DNA of 9,540 nucleotides from a virus (Duplodnaviria; Heunggongvirae; Uroviricota; Caudoviricetes): IMG/VR virus record IMGVR_UViG_2671180651_000017; one strand, 5' to 3'. Shown piece by piece: positions 5,989 to 9,540 of this stretch (position 1 is its first letter; each line of letters starts with the position of its first letter). The notes under the pieces were generated by a model. It saw only the letters and a program-made list of their open reading frames with translations, ran no database searches and was not told where the DNA came from. The position numbers and the translations under genes were made by a program.

Positions 5989-6379
5989 CAATTAACCACA
6001 GCGCAACACTTCCAGAAAGTTTTGCCAGAAGGCCAGCTAATGCGGATATATCACCATCATTTAATTTATTAGGGTACACCTCAAGAAGTCGGCAAATAAT
6101 TTCTGTCTGGTGCGCACGTTCAGCGGCTTCGTGTAATGTAATTTCCTTCATTAATGCCCCCCCTTTTAATTCATGTACTGCTGCAATAATTACATGTGAT
6201 AAACCTGCTTTACCGGAATTACTGATTACTGAATCAATCGCCGCTTGCATATTAACGGCCTTCACGTTCTGCGTGATGCCAACGGTATAGCCGCGCTTGT
6301 TAACAGCACGGGAAAAAACGCGGAAGGTTTTAAGCACGGCACACCCCCTGACGAATACGGGCGACAAATACAGCAACAC
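5960..6379 (-). CDS. Hypothetical protein, first gene of the replication operon (start uncertain: GTG 6379 or ATG 6250)
   Basis: Track ORF starts at a GTG (6379). The internal ATG at 6250 has GAAGG upstream and would give 96 aa. No motif recognised. Confidence 0.45.
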   Translation of the reverse strand: MLLYLSPVFVRGCAVLKTFRVFSRAVNKRGYTVGITQNVKAVNMQAAIDSVISNSGKAGLSHVIIAAVHELKGGALMKEITLHEAAERAHQTEIICRLLEVYPNKLNDGDISALAGLLAKLSGSVALWLIDERFKRYEQ

Positions 6380-6629
6380 AACCTGACGGGCAACGGCTAC
6401 GCGCTTCGCGTTCCGTCCAGGCGGTTACGTGGATGATTTGAGATTCTCCGGCACTCAGGGCCAGAAAACGCCAGATGTATTTATTCAGGTTGTGCGAGTC
6501 CCGCCCTTGCGGGTGTGTGGTATGATTTCTCATAGCTACCTCGATACTGTTGCTATCGTTGGTTGTTAGAAGCCCGTTGGTGTTGGTAGCACCTGCGGGC
6601 TTTGTCTTTTCATCGATTACCTCAATAAA

Positions 6630-6712
6630 GGTGTCAGCCACTATACTAGTAACAGGTGTCAGCCACGTCAATAGTGTTTTTCCATTTTCTTGTGTGTATA
6701 CTGTCAGCCACC
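6630..6712. promoter_or_regulatory. Operator/promoter region: three direct repeats (GGTGTCAGCCAC x2, CTGTCAGCCACC) each next to a TATACT -10-like hexamer, upstream of the RHH gene
   Basis: Repeats at 6630-6641, 6655-6666, 6701-6712; TATACT at 6642-6647 and 6697-6702; SD AAGGAA 7 nt before the ATG at 6733. Lies in the divergent region between the RHH gene (+) and the replication operon (-). Confidence 0.55.
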
Positions 6713-6732
6713 TAATAACAAGGAAATCAGAT

Positions 6733-6912
6733 ATGGCAACGAAAGCAGTTAATGGAAAATCCAAAAAACTTGAGGCACGAGTCCCCCATGCAATAGCTGA
6801 CGCCGTAGAAAATTTAAAGGAAGAAGGCGAAAGCACTGGGCAATTTATCGTTTCGGCACTTGAAGGCGAGATCAAACGCCGCCAGCGCCGCAAGGCCAAA
6901 GAGCAGGAATAG
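6733..6912 (+). CDS. Ribbon-helix-helix (CopG/Arc-like) DNA-binding protein, 59 aa; candidate satellite repressor
   Basis: ATG at 6733 with a strong SD. KKLEARVPHAIADAVENLKEEGESTGQFIVSALEGEI fits the RHH pattern (beta strand, helix, G-x-S/T turn, helix). Only plus-strand gene; own terminator at 7001-7028. Confidence 0.6.
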   Translation: MATKAVNGKSKKLEARVPHAIADAVENLKEEGESTGQFIVSALEGEIKRRQRRKAKEQE

Positions 6913-7000
6913 TCCACCAGCAAGCCAGCACACTGAGCACATTGCCCACCAGACAGCAAATCGCTATGATGTTCGGGCTTATGTTTAGTGTTTTCCCATT

Positions 7001-7028
7001 GGCGACCGCCACAGGTCGCCTTTGTTTT
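7001..7028 (+). terminator. Rho-independent terminator of the RHH gene: GGCGACC-GCCACA-GGTCGCC followed by TTTGTTTT
   Basis: Perfect 7-bp GC stem at 7001-7020 followed by a T-rich tract at 7021-7028. On the minus strand the hairpin is followed by A-rich sequence, so it works mainly in the plus direction. Confidence 0.65.
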
Positions 7029-7046
7029 ATGTGTCATATGTTCCCC

Positions 7047-7271
7047 CTACGCTGCCTTACCTGAATTAATACGATCCCGGCTTTTAACCCATTCCATAAC
7101 CTCGGAAAGCAGCCAACCTACTGAACGACCACCCAGATTACGGCGTGACGGGAAATTCCCTTTTTTCTCCAGTTCGTAGCGTGTAGTGCGGCACACTCCT
7201 GTTAACTTACGGCATTCATCCTCACGGATTACGCGATCTGATAGTGATTGAAATTGTGTATTTTGATTCAT
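7047..7271 (-). CDS. alpA: AlpA-family (prophage CP4-57-type) HTH regulator / excisionase-like protein
   Basis: 74 aa. ...CRKLTGVCRTTRYELEKKGNFPSRRNLGGRSVGWLLSEVMEWVKSR matches the AlpA/Vis signature (HTH followed by GxxSVGWxxSEVxEW). Confidence 0.8.
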   Translation of the reverse strand: MNQNTQFQSLSDRVIREDECRKLTGVCRTTRYELEKKGNFPSRRNLGGRSVGWLLSEVMEWVKSRDRINSGKAA

Positions 7272-7366
7272 AAAAAAACGTCCTCGAACGTTGCCGAACG
7301 AGGACGATTCTAGGCGGTAGTAAAACGCCGTTTGTGTGATATCACACTACCAGCACGTGATATCAC
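7272..7366 (-). promoter_or_regulatory. alpA leader: 8-bp stem hairpin plus U7 abutting the alpA start codon, and two GTGATATCAC dyad sites
   Basis: Hairpin CGTCCTCG-(12 nt)-CGAGGACG at 7279-7306, followed on the minus strand by TTTTTTT (7278-7272) and then ATG. The only SD (GAGGA) is in the stem. Palindromes GTGTGATATCACAC at 7334-7347 and GTGATATCAC at 7357-7366; TAGAAT -10-like hexamer on the minus strand around 7308-7313. Confidence 0.5.
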
Positions 7367-8136
7367 TTTTTACGTTTTTGTTGAGATTCACGCCCCAAAT
7401 ACTTTTGCCATGTCTGCCAATGTGTTTTTGGAAATTCTATCCCTCTGGATGCAGCTATAGAATCAATTAAATCTGCTATTTTAGGTAATGATTCCGTGTC
7501 CAGGTCTACATCACCCATTTCTGGAATAAGTTTAATTAAAGAGTAAATAACCTCATTCCTTTTTGACGATGCTTTTGGGCTATCTTCTGTTATCTTCGGG
7601 AAGTCTCCCGTATTTTTTATATTATCTAAATCACTAGCCATCACACACAAATAGTTAACATCAAATTCATAACCACCCTTACAAAAAACATACATGAGAT
7701 TATCATCACCATACTTATTCGTAAGATGAGAACATTTTATATATTGTCTCATGCTAAATTCGACATCAGCAAAAACATATGCCGGAGTATAATAAAACCC
7801 TGATAAGCTGCTAACATAATAACATTTGATAGAATTCCCTACAGGACCAATAATGGCACTATCTAAAAATTCAGTGTCACCAGTTAAACCAACTGTAAAA
7901 TTACTTCCAAAAACAGCAGATTCATCATTGAAAGGATATTTTATTAATTCTTCCTCATTACAACCATTGATAAAATGACATAATGAAAAATTGAATTTTT
8001 TAGCATCAATTTTTGGTATATATACAGAAATATTAAGAGCACCTATATATGCGTAATGATAAAGATCTTTTATTGCACAGCCTAACTTTTCTGCCGCTTC
8101 AGGTAACGGATAATAGAGTCTTTTAGGTAATTTCAT
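7363..8136 (-). CDS. Hypothetical AT-rich cargo protein, 257 aa, translationally coupled to int
   Basis: Start overlaps the int stop in ATGA (8133-8136). Markedly AT-rich compared with int, alpA and the primase. Cys/Tyr-rich N-terminal two-thirds and a charged C-terminal tail (...SKRNEVIYSLIKLIPEMGDVDLD...QQKRKK). No recognisable motif. Confidence 0.55.
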   Translation of the reverse strand: MKLPKRLYYPLPEAAEKLGCAIKDLYHYAYIGALNISVYIPKIDAKKFNFSLCHFINGCNEEELIKYPFNDESAVFGSNFTVGLTGDTEFLDSAIIGPVGNSIKCYYVSSLSGFYYTPAYVFADVEFSMRQYIKCSHLTNKYGDDNLMYVFCKGGYEFDVNYLCVMASDLDNIKNTGDFPKITEDSPKASSKRNEVIYSLIKLIPEMGDVDLDTESLPKIADLIDSIAASRGIEFPKTHWQTWQKYLGRESQQKRKK

Positions 8137-9356
8137 TTGGCCACCTTCAGCATAACAATATTTTCATGATTTCCAGCCAGCACATCGAGGCGCTCAACCC
8201 ATAGATTAAGAGCGTCACGTTTTGCATCAAGATAACGGGAGTGATTATAGACTCGTTGCATTCCTGGCAACTGGTGCGCGGTAAGCTGCTCCACAACATG
8301 CGGTTCCACGCCTAAATCGTTCAGCATCGTTGTAAACGTGTGCCGGATGTCGTGCAACGTCCAGGGGGCTTGATTAATGCGTCTGTGTGCCGTTCTTCCG
8401 TACTCTGATACGGATGATTGCCCTTTCAGTTCTCCGAGCAATAAGCCCGTGTGCCTGTTCTGCTCCACCAGCTTCATGACAAACGGCAAGATCGCTTCCG
8501 GTATTGGCCTGAATATTGCTACCTTCGTTTTGCTGTGTTCTTTCGGCACGGTCCAGAGCATTTCTTTAAAATCCCATTCCTGGACCTCAGAGCGTCTTAG
8601 CTCAGTGGTACGACATCCGAAGACAATCAGGAGGCGAATCAGGGCGCTGTAGTACGGTGGGTAAATTTTTTCATCAAGGGCGCGTAGTAATTCCCCAAGC
8701 TCCTTGTTTGTTAGTACGCGCTCGCTTATTTCTGCTTTTTTCCCAACATCACCGACAACCATATCATCAAGAACGTTGCTGATTGCGTATCGTCGTTTTC
8801 GGCAGTACTTAAGCGCCTGTTTGCATACCTGTAGCAAAAATCCGGCTGATACCGGATTACGCTTAGCAAGCTGGTCAAAACAGGCCAGCCAGTGGCGTAG
8901 CTCGCATTTTTCCAGTGGCATAGCTCCAATCTGGCTAATTATGTGTTTATTGATCCGGCTTTTCAGTGATTCGTAGTCAGTGCGCTTTTCCTTTGCGTAC
9001 GATTCAAGCCAGTAAGTGAGCGCTTCCTTAACCGTCACGGGGGCTAACGCGTCCTGTACAGCATGATTAAGTTCATAGCGCGGATTTTTCCCCTCAGCCA
9101 GCCATGCGCGACATTGCGACGCTTTTTCCCTGGCTGCTTTCAGGCTCAAATCTGGATAATTTCCCAGCCTCAGACGTTCAGGTGATATCTGCCTACCAGT
9201 TCCGGACCTGTAAGTGAAATACCAGGTTAACAGGCCATTGGTTGAATGCCTTACGCTAAGGTTGCCACCATCATTAAAAAAGGTGCTTTTTGTGGTTGGT
9301 GATCCGCTTAATTTTCGTAAAAGAGTGTCGCTAAGTCTATGAATTGCCCTGCTCAT
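8133..9356 (-). CDS. int: Tyrosine recombinase / integrase, P4-type (N-terminal arm-binding domain plus C-terminal catalytic domain)
   Basis: 407 aa. N-terminus LSDTLLRKLSG...TFFNDGGNLSVRHSTNGLLTWYFTYR is typical of P4-like integrases. C-terminal catalytic residues in HDIRHTFTTML and VYNHSRYLDAKRDALNLW (active-site Tyr). Adjacent to the arm-like repeats and the terminal direct repeat. Confidence 0.9.
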   Translation of the reverse strand: MSRAIHRLSDTLLRKLSGSPTTKSTFFNDGGNLSVRHSTNGLLTWYFTYRSGTGRQISPERLRLGNYPDLSLKAAREKASQCRAWLAEGKNPRYELNHAVQDALAPVTVKEALTYWLESYAKEKRTDYESLKSRINKHIISQIGAMPLEKCELRHWLACFDQLAKRNPVSAGFLLQVCKQALKYCRKRRYAISNVLDDMVVGDVGKKAEISERVLTNKELGELLRALDEKIYPPYYSALIRLLIVFGCRTTELRRSEVQEWDFKEMLWTVPKEHSKTKVAIFRPIPEAILPFVMKLVEQNRHTGLLLGELKGQSSVSEYGRTAHRRINQAPWTLHDIRHTFTTMLNDLGVEPHVVEQLTAHQLPGMQRVYNHSRYLDAKRDALNLWVERLDVLAGNHENIVMLKVAK

Positions 9357-9377
9357 GTTTCGTGTTTCCGGTCATCA

Positions 9378-9405
9378 AAATTAACTACACCATTGACTAC
9401 ACCGT
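9378..9405. repeat. Sub-terminal 28-bp direct repeat, right copy, immediately upstream of the int start codon
   Basis: AAATTAACTACACCATTGACTACACCGT; 27/28 identical to 81-108. Sits 22 bp from the int ATG at 9356. Confidence 0.6.
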
Positions 9406-9416
9406 GCATCGTACAA

Positions 9417-9519
9417 GGGCGAACTGTGACGAACAAGGGCGAACAAGAAAAACGAAATTATCCTTTATAATCATAGAAATAAATTAGATGCCCACACCAT
9501 GACGAACACCCACGAACAC
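9417..9519. repeat. Cluster of ACGAACA-type short direct repeats, right end
   Basis: GGGCGAAC, GACGAACAAGGGCGAACAAG, GACGAACACCCACGAACAC. Same motif family as 111-150, so both element ends share repeat organisation. Confidence 0.45.
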
Positions 9520-9529
9520 TAACTGATAA

Positions 9530-9540
9530 ATAACTATCAT
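9530..9540. repeat. Terminal direct repeat ATAACTATCAT, right copy; candidate att core
   Basis: Exact match to 1-11. Confidence 0.5.

Noticed and set aside
6330-7037. 235-aa minus-strand ORF
   Set aside because: It runs antisense across the RHH gene, its promoter repeats and its terminator. The translation is low-complexity (Ser/Cys/Arg/Trp-rich) with no RBS at its start. Judged a chance antisense frame.

Overview
The window reads as one compact phage satellite of the PICI type (phage-inducible chromosomal island), about 9.5 kb, bounded by an identical 11-bp direct repeat (ATAACTATCAT at 1-11 and 9530-9540). Nearly all genes are on the minus strand, so read right to left: P4-type tyrosine integrase, an AT-rich cargo ORF coupled to int, an AlpA-family regulator, a lone plus-strand ribbon-helix-helix (RHH) regulator with triplicated operator repeats, three small ORFs, a primase/SF3-helicase replication initiator, an iteron-rich origin, then a packaging/morphogenesis operon with a terminase-small-subunit-like protein and an HK97-fold capsid-protein homologue, and finally a 0.7-kb repeat-rich non-coding region. 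No portal, protease or large terminase is present, which fits a satellite that hijacks a helper phage. The most interesting candidates are the capsid homologue without other head genes, the int-coupled cargo ORF, the repeats in and upstream of the terS-like gene, and the left-end repeat architecture. All protein calls rest on motif recognition by eye; no database search was run.
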